Shown here in pieces: positions 1 through 7,975 of a DNA stretch of 16,247 nt. The position numbers were made by a program, and so were the translations under genes. A model generated the notes under the pieces. That model made no database searches, was not told where the DNA came from, and saw only the letters and a program-made list of their open reading frames with translations. The stretch's first letter is position 1; the number at the start of each line of letters is the position of its first letter. The stretch is from NCBI GenBank assembly GCA_018985225.1, contig JADGIF010000167.1, positions 1-16,247 on the forward strand. Reading direction: 5' to 3'. The stretch comes from Amoeboradix gromovi X-113. Its lineage: Eukaryota > Fungi > Sanchytriomycota.

Positions 1-300
1 GTAGATGAATATCACACTTCAAAGATGTGCAGTGTCTGTGAGAATGAAATAGATAAGAGTAATGATGTTAGTATAACATTACAAAATGACTCTAGAAAAG
101 AGTACCGTCTAAGAAAATGCACCTTTTGCTTAGATGCTCAAAGACCTCATATATTTGAAAGAGATGTAGGGTCTTCTAGTTTTATTTTGAAAAGAGGAAT
201 ACAATCCATGAAAGAGAATTGGTATAATAGAAGAAGATCTTTTATTAATGATAGCATTTCCTCCTTATGGTGCACCTCCTTTAAAAACGAGTTAGTCTAG
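1..300 (+). CDS. C-terminal part of a Fanzor/TnpB-like RNA-guided endonuclease (5'-truncated by the window edge)
   Basis: Frame 1 is open from base 1: VDEYHTSKMCSVC...YRLRKCTFC...FERDVGSSSFILKRG. This matches the Fanzor/IS607-TnpB pattern VDExxTS-CxxC...CxxC...RD (alternative RuvC-II Glu, zinc ribbon, RuvC-III Asp). The ORF-track start at 25 is an internal Met. Confidence 0.8.
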   Translation, partial: VDEYHTSKMCSVCENEIDKSNDVSITLQNDSRKEYRLRKCTFCLDAQRPHIFERDVGSSSFILKRGIQSMKENWYNRRRSFINDSISSLWCTSFKNELV

Positions 301-321
301 TTTTTATATTTGGTGTCCCAT
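267..321 (+). ncRNA. Terminal hairpin of Fanzor-like copy 1 (candidate omegaRNA scaffold 3' part / element right end)
   Basis: ATGGTGCACC (267-276) pairs with GGTGTCCCAT (312-321) with 1 mismatch and 1 G:U. TAAAAAC (282-288) pairs with GTTTTTA (300-306). The hairpin overlaps the stop codon and is homologous to 6605-6655(-) and 16141-16229(-). Confidence 0.55.
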
Positions 322-369
322 TTTAGTTCCACGTAATCATTAAATTAGAAACCTCCTTAAAATCATAAT

Positions 370-1372
370 ATGCAAACTATTTCCGTAGGTGAGCAAGAAA
401 TATCATTTGATTTGGACGGCAAATCTTTAAATAAAAGCTGGACTCAGTTACACTATTTGTATATTCATTTAAATCGACAATATCCAGAAATATGGATTCC
501 AGCTTGTCCTGAGGCCCCTAAGTACTCAGATGAAGATTACATGAGGAAGAAGCAGCGCCAGGTTGAAAGATTTATCTCTAAAATTCTTAGCAGCACTGTA
601 CTGATTCAATCTTCGATTTACGCTGAATTTATAAGCTCGGATTTGACAGTCCCCGTTCCTATCAAAGGAAAGTCTTGGTTCACACCTTATGACAAAGGAT
701 TTTTATCTGCCACTTTCCCTAACAACTTACCTATTGATGTCACGGACATTAAAAAACACAAAGATTGGATTCTAAATCAACAAGAAATTCTTGAAGAGTT
801 GAGAGATAACGTCAAGGAATTCGTAACCTGTAGAATGATATATGCCGAAAGTATTAAGAAATTAAGCGATTGCAATTTCGAGTATCTGGTTAATGAAGAT
901 ACTTCAGTCCATGAAGGATTGCTACAAGATATGGTAGATTTAATTGGTCAAAGGTCGCTAAAGCACTATGCTATAGAATTCGGCGATACTGTTCAAGAGT
1001 ATCTGAAGCATTTGGATGAATTAAAAGTATCTTTAAATAATTTAGATTGTTATTAACCATGAGATACGAAGTCTAATTGAATATGACCAAAAGAGACAGC
1101 TGTTTCGAAAGAAGAAGAAAATGGTAGATGCGCATGCAACAAAAGCAGGGCACGAGTTTGATTTTTTGAAAGCAGAATTAGAAGAGATAGAACAATTGTT
1201 AGCCAAATCAGAAGAAGAACTAATAGCGATGAACGAGACTATTGAACAGGAGTTTGAAAGATTTGAGATTCACAGAGTTTCTGATTTTAGTGATTGCTTC
1301 GATTCGCTAGTTTCTATGGAAGTAATTGAAAATAAAAAAGTCTTGACAGGCCTACAAGCATTACAGAAATAG
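370..1372 (+). CDS. Sorting nexin (PX + BAR domains), join(370..1026,1046..1372), 327 aa
   Basis: N-terminal PX-like motifs (L..QYP.IWIP.CP; KKQRQVERFISKI; EFIS) and a helical BAR-like C-terminus (IEQEFERFEIHRVSDF). Removing the GT..AG segment 1027-1045 joins the two ORFs in frame (..LDELK|IVINHEIRSLIEYDQKRQLFRKKKKMVDAH..). Confidence 0.8.
1027..1045 (+). other. 19-nt spliceosomal intron GTATCTTTAAATAATTTAG
   Basis: GTA donor and TAG acceptor. The 3n+1 length is exactly what is needed to fuse ORFs 370..1056 and 1121..1372. Confidence 0.75.
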
Positions 1373-1575
1373 CAATAGTATTAAAATAAACGGCATCTTT
1401 ATCATTTCAATAAAATATTAATTTTTTTGGGATAAGTGGCTATACATAATGTACCTAACTGGTAGGTTCAAGTAAAAATGGGCAAATATCAAGAATCGCC
1501 ATGTAATTCATTGGGTTTTCAAAGTCATAAGTGACAAGCCACTGGTTTAAGTAGTTTGCAGTACCACAAGTGGGT

Positions 1576-2514
1576 ATGTTGTTTTTATCATTGGTAGCTG
1601 CTTACAAAATTAAAATCACGCAAGTTAAAACAGACATTGTAGCAGCAACATTCACAAACGACGCAAACTCAAAGCTGAGCATTGTTCTACCAAATACACC
1701 AATGAGTAACATGGATGAAGATGTTCTGCAAGTTAGGCAGAATGGCAAAAGAGTAAATTTTGTAGGACAACATGTTCAGTGGGACTTTTCTGATATGGAT
1801 CAAATGAGCAAGGAAATATTACCTGGTGAGACCTGGGTAAAAGAGTTCAGTGTTTCTCAAAGATATGATACAGATGAAGGACTTGCAGACGTAAGACTGA
1901 GTTATTTGTATCGCGAGTGTGAAATAAACGGCAGGGGAAACTATTGCACCTTGGCACATATAATCCAATCCAATGACATAACGATGAATGTCAAAAGCCG
2001 TAGGCAAGACAAAGTAATGTCTGCAAGCTTCAAAACAAAGAATTGCTACTTTAAAAAATGGCTGGATTGCAAGTATGTATTCCATAACATTAACAAAATG
2101 CAAGAGAGTGCCATAAAGGATCTTCAGAGCGGACCGTCAAAGGAATTCATTACATTCTTTGGCACCAATGACACTTCGTCGGTTCTCCAGGTCTTCAATA
2201 GAATCCAAAAGTTCAAATATGATATCAAATGCAATCATCCTGATTGCCAGGAATGGATATATGCGTTCGTTTATCCCAAAATTCCTACCATAAATGTATG
2301 TTCTCAGTTTTTCAAATCTGGAAATAATGGCTGGAATTCAAAACTTGGCACAATAATACACGAGTTAACGCATTTTATCGGAACTGGTAGCACTGAGGAC
2401 TATGCTTATGGCGTAGATGAGGCAATGGAGTTGGCCCTTGAGAATCCTGCCCTGGCTATGAAGAATGCTGACAACTACGGATACTTTGCAGAGTCAGTGT
2501 ATTTTAAAAAGTAA
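1576..2514 (+). CDS. Secreted M35 (deuterolysin / peptidyl-Lys metalloendopeptidase, aspzincin) zinc protease
   Basis: Short signal peptide MLFLSLVAA, pro-region, HELTH (HExxH), GSTEDYAYG (GTxDxxYG-type) and NADNYGYFAE. The first ATG is at 1576. Confidence 0.9.
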   Translation: MLFLSLVAAYKIKITQVKTDIVAATFTNDANSKLSIVLPNTPMSNMDEDVLQVRQNGKRVNFVGQHVQWDFSDMDQMSKEILPGETWVKEFSVSQRYDTDEGLADVRLSYLYRECEINGRGNYCTLAHIIQSNDITMNVKSRRQDKVMSASFKTKNCYFKKWLDCKYVFHNINKMQESAIKDLQSGPSKEFITFFGTNDTSSVLQVFNRIQKFKYDIKCNHPDCQEWIYAFVYPKIPTINVCSQFFKSGNNGWNSKLGTIIHELTHFIGTGSTEDYAYGVDEAMELALENPALAMKNADNYGYFAESVYFKK

Positions 2515-2540
2515 AAAGTTATGTTTTGAATTCAAACACA

Positions 2541-3024
2541 GTAAATTCCAGAAATTATTTTTACTTTTTGCTCATCTTTTTAAATATTAACAAGCCATTT
2601 CAACCAGATTTACCTTGAATCTCACTAAAAATCTTAGTGGCTTCTTATTGAACCATAATCAAAGAACATACGAGACCAATTTTGAGGAAATTTCTTCATT
2701 TCAAAGTTGGAGGAACATCTAGAGACCACACCAGGAATCCGACATCTTCATGTCATTAGATACGAAAGTAAGACATTCAAATGCTGCCTTGCTTGTGATC
2801 AAGACGGCATTACAAACATTAACACGGATTATGAAAATAGTTATCGGTTGAGATGGTGCAAAATATGCTGAAGTGCTAATCAGCCACGCTATTTTGAAAG
2901 TAAAATTTCTAGTGCATTTTTCATATTAAAGAATGGCTTGAAGGCATATTATGGCACTTATACATCTTTCCGGGTGGTCTTCCGACTTAGAGTTGGGGAC
3001 AATTTTTTCTGAAATTGGGTCTCA
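2541..3024 (+). pseudogene. Decayed Fanzor/TnpB-like relic (copy 2) with terminal hairpin
   Basis: Frame 1 reads ILTSHFNQIYLESH*KS*WLLIEP*SKNIRDQF*GNFFISKLEEHLETTPGIRHLHVIRYESKTFKCCLAC...SYRLRWCKIC*SANQPRYFESKISSAFFILKNG. It has 16/32 ungapped identities to copy 1 over YRLR..G. A hairpin TGGGGAC-AATTT..AAATT-gg-GTCTCA lies at 2994-3024. The left boundary is approximate. Confidence 0.8.
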
Positions 3025-3501
3025 CATGACTTCATAATTGATATACTTATAATTTTAAGACCCGGACTGATTACAACTGACGAAAAGAAAGAATATCAGG
3101 ATTTTATGCCACTGCGAGTCTCTACAAAAAGAATTGTTGGTACAATAAGAGCCATATAATTGCGATAAATGGTTTCTTAAATTGAAGTAGATAGCTGTGT
3201 TTGATCATTATCTTGTGGAGAATAACCTTTGTGCGCTTATGACATAAAAGCGGTCCCCTGTTCCTTCACACACAAATAGTGCTGATGAGCTCTATCATTC
3301 TCTGCTGACGTAGAATTGCTCGTTTAATTTTTTATAGGCATAGAGATTACTGCATAGTTTAAGCCTTTAACGCAGTGAATGCTAAACGGCACTTACCAGA
3401 AACTTAAATCTAAAGCTCATCTACTTCACTTTTCAAATTAATACTGATCCAATCAATTAGTGTCAGTGACCTTTTTAAATTTAGAGTCAGATATCTCAAA
3501 C

Positions 3502-4185
3502 ATGGATTTTGATTTGGACGAATTATCTATGTTCACTTACACCGATAAATCCGTCTTGAAGAGTATTGGGATTATGATCAAATATGGCTCACATGCTCAT
3601 GTATTTGAATTCGGTTATTGGAAAACTTTTGACAGTCTGGCTTCATTTTTTAAGCATTTCAAGGACAATATGCTAATTCAGAGCGGTCTGATTCATGAAC
3701 AGTATAACACGAAGGTCGATGATGCTATGGGTATTAAAAACATCGAGAGATTGAATTTAATAATGACCTGTTCTGCACCTAGGGAGGAGTTTGACAGGCT
3801 AGTTAACGTACTTGCTCGCTATCCGTATGGGAAATTTGACCTATTTTCTAATAACTCTCGCCATTTCATTGTTAAAGCTGCTGCGGTTACCCAAGGATTT
3901 GGTTATTCTATTGATGAAAACGCTTTGTTTAAAAATGTGGTGGATGTAACTCATGACCAAGATGTTCAAAAGGCTGAAAAGATTATCAGCATAGTCGTAT
4001 CTGCAGGAATAGCTTCTTTTGTTCCGGTATACAATGCTCTTCGATTTCCGCTGGGATTCGTAACTTTGATTACATTAATCACTGGTTTTCAACAAGCTGA
4101 CGATGCTGTGAAGGTAAGGATTCTTGAAAAGTACAACGTCTTGTTTAGTGACACTTTAAACTGTGTTAAAGCACTAAGAAATTGA
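3502..4185 (+). CDS. Hypothetical protein, possible inactive permuted-papain-fold (PPPDE/LRAT-like) protein with hydrophobic C-terminal segments
   Basis: 227-aa ORF from the ATG at 3502, followed by AATAAA. FDLFSNNSRHF resembles YxLxxNNCxHF. Confidence 0.6.
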   Translation: MDFDLDELSMFTYTDKSVLKSIGIMIKYGSHAHVFEFGYWKTFDSLASFFKHFKDNMLIQSGLIHEQYNTKVDDAMGIKNIERLNLIMTCSAPREEFDRLVNVLARYPYGKFDLFSNNSRHFIVKAAAVTQGFGYSIDENALFKNVVDVTHDQDVQKAEKIISIVVSAGIASFVPVYNALRFPLGFVTLITLITGFQQADDAVKVRILEKYNVLFSDTLNCVKALRN

Positions 4186-4207
4186 AAAATCAATAAATTT
4201 ATTAACA

Positions 4208-4831
4208 TTAAACTTGAATCATTATGGACAACCTCTTTGCCTGATCTCGAACACAGTATGAATAAAATGCAAACAAAAACAAGAAAACATACATTAATAA
4301 AGGGATGTACGTACTAGAAGAGTAGTCCATGTGTTTCTTGTCCGTTAAAATCACTAAAAATTTGTCAATTATTCCAACATTGTAAATGAAGTCAGCTCCT
4401 AAAATGAAGAGATACGAACCAACTAAGGAATGACAAACATATGAGAAGACGATTTTGACATTTCGAAGAGCCAGCATGAATAGCAGATATATTATCACAA
4501 AGAATCCAAGTCTTGCTAAGAGCGATTTGAACAAGCATGGGTGGTTCCAGCTTAAAAACCACAAGGATAAGCTAGAAGACCCAAGGAGGGCAGTAATATA
4601 AGGTTGAATTACTGCATAAGTCTTGGATAGGTATAACAAAAGGGCTCCAGACACTACACAACTAGGAAAGACGATAATCATGTGGAAACGATGCAAGGCA
4701 ACAAAGGCTATGTAGGCGCCAGCCAAAAATCCGTTTACCTCGTTAGCATGCCCCAGTTTTCGCACTAGAATTAGATAATATACGGATAATAGTATTAAGA
4801 TGATGCAAAGAAAGATACCCGCAAAATCCAT
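4208..4831 (-). CDS. DUF4203 (TM7S3/TMEM198-like) multi-pass membrane protein
   Basis: About 6-7 hydrophobic segments. Motifs GFLAG, LLG...SLWFL and HSLVGSYLFILGADF...G are typical of DUF4203. The first ATG is at 4831. Confidence 0.7.
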   Translation of the reverse strand: MDFAGIFLCIILILLSVYYLILVRKLGHANEVNGFLAGAYIAFVALHRFHMIIVFPSCVVSGALLLYLSKTYAVIQPYITALLGSSSLSLWFLSWNHPCLFKSLLARLGFFVIIYLLFMLALRNVKIVFSYVCHSLVGSYLFILGADFIYNVGIIDKFLVILTDKKHMDYSSSTYIPLLMYVFLFLFAFYSYCVRDQAKRLSIMIQV

Positions 4832-4860
4832 GTGCAAAATGAGGGGTGTGGGGCAAGACT

Positions 4861-4908
4861 TTGCGAGAATGAAGCAAGCTATAGGTCGGGGATCTCCTTG
4901 CGAGAATG
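4861..4908. repeat. 11-bp direct repeat TTGCGAGAATG (4861-4871, 4898-4908)
   Basis: Exact repeat read directly from the sequence, 30-77 nt upstream of the DUF4203 start. Confidence 0.6.
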
Positions 4909-5558
4909 TATCATATTACCACATTCAGGCTCACTGCCGCTAGCTTGGCTTTTCATACATAGCGAATGCACGAGATTAATATTTTAAACGTAACTTTATT
5001 ACCCTGTTAACACTTAGGTATAGTGTTAGCAAGCATTTTAGACCATTTCACTGACTGTAGGGTATCACTTACGCCAGTAGTGTATTTAATTTAACGAGTA
5101 CTTATGTTGGGATGACATCGGCTGCGAATATGAAACACTGTAAATGAGAAAGTGCTAAAAAAGTGACTCAAAATGGCGACAGTAATTACATGTTAGCAGA
5201 TAGAAACATTGCAGTATACTAAGCAAAGAGCTAGTGCATGCGCTAAGTAGAAAGCATTTGCATTTCTTGTTCCTGAACTTTAAAAATATGAAGATTGCAT
5301 AAGTTTGGAGTGAGAGAGCTGATTGGTAAAAAACAAGGAATCTGTAATTGCAAATTGTCGTCTAAAACATAGCTAATATCTAGCATGAGCCATTCTGACT
5401 CACTATGCATTTCAGATGCTTTCATAAAGAAGGTTTCCGATTTGTAGAGATGCCGGACAACGAACAATAGTGATCACGCAAACTTTAATAAAAGATATTG
5501 CTTGGTTAACCTAAATTTTAATAAGTTTAATTCAAAATTGACGGAGAGGTCAGTCCAT

Positions 5559-5873
5559 ATGCCAACTGTTTTACCATACCAGATTGAACCAAAACAAAAA
5601 GTATCTAAAGAAAGGGTAGAAGAAACCCTAAAGCAATACACAAAATGCAATATTACTGTAGAAATAATGGAAGAAATTATGGAAAAGTTAAAAGCAAATC
5701 TTCCAAGTGGATACAAAATTATCTTACATGTAGACAGTGGGAACTTCAAGCATCTTAATTTAAGTGTAGACACCAAATATTTAATTGACAAGAATTTCGA
5801 TGGATACTCATCGATATCATGGCTGGGCAAGGAATATGTCGTTTTAACAGTTTATTGGATCTACTTTGAGTGA
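5559..5873 (+). CDS. Tctex-1 family dynein light chain
   Basis: 104 aa from the ATG at 5559. The pattern YQIEP...YKIILHV...LID...DGYSS...VYWIYFE-end follows Tctex-1 (YxLxP, YKxxVxV, LWD..D, C-terminal YxE). Confidence 0.8.
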   Translation: MPTVLPYQIEPKQKVSKERVEETLKQYTKCNITVEIMEEIMEKLKANLPSGYKIILHVDSGNFKHLNLSVDTKYLIDKNFDGYSSISWLGKEYVVLTVYWIYFE

Positions 5874-6602
5874 AAAAATAAAGGTCTTGCATTTTCTCAA
5901 TTCTTGATTGTTCTCAGAACTAAGCCCTTCTTTGAACCCTATCGATCTTCTGTGCTCGTATCCTTCAAATGCCTCGGGCATGAACAAGCAACTGCGCGTA
6001 CACTCAAACCCGTGTATTCTGGCAATGCTCTTTATATCCCAGTCTGTGTAAGGATGCTGGTCTTTCAATGTAATGCAGACATGAAGAATACCTGCAGTAT
6101 TAAGTTTCTTAATGGATTTAAAGGTGTTGGAAATTAGTTTTTGGTTTGCTTGAATATTGTAGTCCTGATCTTTTATACCAGTTCCAACATGAGGAAAATT
6201 AAACACAATGGCATCAATCTCTAGTTTTAATACCCACTTATACAGGTGCAGTCTAGTGGAGTCCACATGAAATTGTACAATGTCCCCCAACTGGTTCAAA
6301 TTATGCTTGGCTTTCGGGAATTTTTCAAATAACCTTTCTTGGGTGTCATAAACAGTTGGATAGAGCAAACCGTCAACCTTGTCTTTTAGAGCAGAAGAAA
6401 AGCTGAGGTTGCCGTCGCCTAATATCAAAATTGTGCTCTTAGACTGCAAGAGCTCAAGAAAGTAATTCTTGGTAGCGTTGCTATGAAGAACCTTTTTAGT
6501 TTTTCTCTGCATATTTTCATGAGCTTGTTGCTTCTTTATTGCTAGTTTCTTTTTTAATTTCAAGCTCCTGATGATTTGCTTGACCTCTTTGTACTTTGGC
6601 AT
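5844..6602 (-). CDS. BMT5: 25S rRNA (uridine-N3)-methyltransferase BMT5-like (DUF2431)
   Basis: Motifs ILILGDGNLSFS, VDSTRL, IVFNFPHVG, NQKLI..F, PY..WDI and F.GYEHRR, with a Lys-rich N-terminus. The first ATG is at 6602; the upstream GTG extension is element-end sequence. Confidence 0.9.
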   Translation of the reverse strand: MPKYKEVKQIIRSLKLKKKLAIKKQQAHENMQRKTKKVLHSNATKNYFLELLQSKSTILILGDGNLSFSSALKDKVDGLLYPTVYDTQERLFEKFPKAKHNLNQLGDIVQFHVDSTRLHLYKWVLKLEIDAIVFNFPHVGTGIKDQDYNIQANQKLISNTFKSIKKLNTAGILHVCITLKDQHPYTDWDIKSIARIHGFECTRSCLFMPEAFEGYEHRRSIGFKEGLSSENNQELRKCKTFIFSLKVDPINC

Positions 6603-6604
6603 CC

Positions 6605-7033
6605 TATGGGACAACGACTTTAAAAACTTGACTAGTTTTACGGAGGTACCCCATATTTTTTCACTTAAAAGGAGAAATGGTGTTATTGTGTCTTTTTTGC
6701 CAAGCTGGTCTTTCACAATTTCAAAGTAGCCTCCTTTGACTTGACATCCTGTAACACATTTACATCTCTATCCACGACCACATCACAGCGCGGACTCTGA
6801 AGTGCCTTGAACTTCTACAAGATAGTCAGGTGCTAATACACTTTTAAAATCCCCATGATACCTGAAAAATCCTGCTAATTTAGCGGATAGTGTAAAACAA
6901 ACTACTATACCTCATCTTCCATAACCTAATAATTTAATTACTTGGTCAAGTATTCATACTTGATATTCTGTTGTATGGAGCTTGATTTTTCTAGTTGTTG
7001 GAGGATTTGAGCAACTGAATTATGATAAGAAAA
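6605..7033 (-). pseudogene. Decayed Fanzor/TnpB-like relic (copy 3) with terminal hairpin 6605-6655
   Basis: One minus-strand frame contains QILQQLEKSSSIQQNIKYEYLTK* (EYLT at 6955-6944) and KFKALQSPRCDVVVDRDVNVLQDV (DRDVN at 6772-6758). It is followed by TATGGGGTACCTCCGTAAAACTAGTCAAGTTTTTAAAGTCGTTGTCCCAT, which aligns with the copy 1 3' hairpin. Confidence 0.75.
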
Positions 7034-7057
7034 CGTACACCTTTTTATTTTAACCAA

Positions 7058-7068
7058 TTTTTTGAAAC
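7058..7068 (+). promoter_or_regulatory. Start-proximal motif TTTTTTGAAAC before the DCC1 ATG
   Basis: Ends 4 nt before the ATG at 7073. The same motif precedes GPI7 and the PDI-like gene. Confidence 0.5.
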
Positions 7069-7072
7069 GAAA

Positions 7073-7975
7073 ATGGTGCAAATAAGTGAGATACACTTTG
7101 CAGAACCATTGTCTGAGAACGAATGCTTACTAAATATGCCATTTAGTCTAGACAGTGCAGTTATAAAAAAGGGAATCAGCGAGGTTGCTGTCATTTGTAC
7201 CCAAAATGAAACTTTTGCTCTAGTGGAAGAATGCAATTCTAATACTTTATTACTGGTAGAAAGATCTCATATTATTGGGAAAGTCCAAAAAGTGATACAT
7301 GCTATAAAGATCAGACCAAATGTTGGTATCATAATCAAGCTAATGAAATCTTATCAGTATAAGAACAAAAATGAGGTGAGATCCATATCCCCTAAACTAC
7401 TATTTGCTTCTTGTGGCTGCAGCGATCTTGAATGTATTGAGCTGCTTTCAAGCTGTTATTGTATTCTTTATAAAGGCAACTATTGCAGATTCGATTACAG
7501 TTACCTGTTTGAACAATTGTTAATATATTCAACAAGCCCTCAATCTGTTGCTGATATTCATGCTTGCAATTTTATTTCTTCATATTTTTACTCTTGTAAT
7601 AAACCCATTTGGTCCACAATTGTGAAGTTTGTTACAGTCGTTTATTTTGAAAAATCAAAAGCTGGTGATTGCAGAGACTGGAATACCTTCAAGTCCGATT
7701 TGAAGGAATTCTTTGAAGATGTCGAAATTTCTATTGACATGCTTGTAGGAATTGCCGTCGTTGACGAAGTCAAGTCCTTAATTTATTATATTCCTGAGCA
7801 TTTCCTTCCGGTATCGCCCGAAGATCGATTTAATTTATTATTTGAATTCAAGGATTCCTGGCTGTTTGACCAGATTATGCCTTATTTAAGCGCAATTGCT
7901 AGAAATGAAAATGATATCTTGTTTATTTTGAATTCCTACTGCCGCCTCGTTGATAATAGCTACTATTTAAGATGA
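7073..7975 (+). CDS. DCC1: Sister chromatid cohesion protein DCC1 (Ctf18-RFC subunit)
   Basis: Motifs AVICT.NETF...NSNTLLL, CSDLE...L and LPVSPEDRF.LLF.....W....I.PYL. The ATG at 7073 is preferred over 7022 because of the shared upstream motif. Confidence 0.85.
   Translation: MVQISEIHFAEPLSENECLLNMPFSLDSAVIKKGISEVAVICTQNETFALVEECNSNTLLLVERSHIIGKVQKVIHAIKIRPNVGIIIKLMKSYQYKNKNEVRSISPKLLFASCGCSDLECIELLSSCYCILYKGNYCRFDYSYLFEQLLIYSTSPQSVADIHACNFISSYFYSCNKPIWSTIVKFVTVVYFEKSKAGDCRDWNTFKSDLKEFFEDVEISIDMLVGIAVVDEVKSLIYYIPEHFLPVSPEDRFNLLFEFKDSWLFDQIMPYLSAIARNENDILFILNSYCRLVDNSYYLR

Noticed and set aside
5008-5081. Small hairpins (TAACACT/AGTGTTA and an imperfect one following) as a snoRNA or element end
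   Set aside because: The stems are short, with no box motifs and no TGGGAC/GTCCCA closing stem.
5243-5467. 74-aa minus-strand ORF
   Set aside because: Non-ATG start, no motif and no resemblance to the Fanzor relics.
5385-5558. N-terminal extension of Tctex-1 via a 15-nt GTTTCCGATTTGTAG intron
   Set aside because: Weak donor, the domain is complete from the ATG at 5559, and the extension resembles nothing recognisable.
6603-6716. GTG-initiated 38-aa N-terminal extension of BMT5
   Set aside because: The sequence is the element-end hairpin homologous to 267-321, and a eukaryotic ATG start at 6602 is sufficient.
6926-6941. 16-nt GTAATTAAATTATTAG as a tiny intron on the minus strand
   Set aside because: Splicing it gives no sensible gene, and the region is better explained as Fanzor relic.
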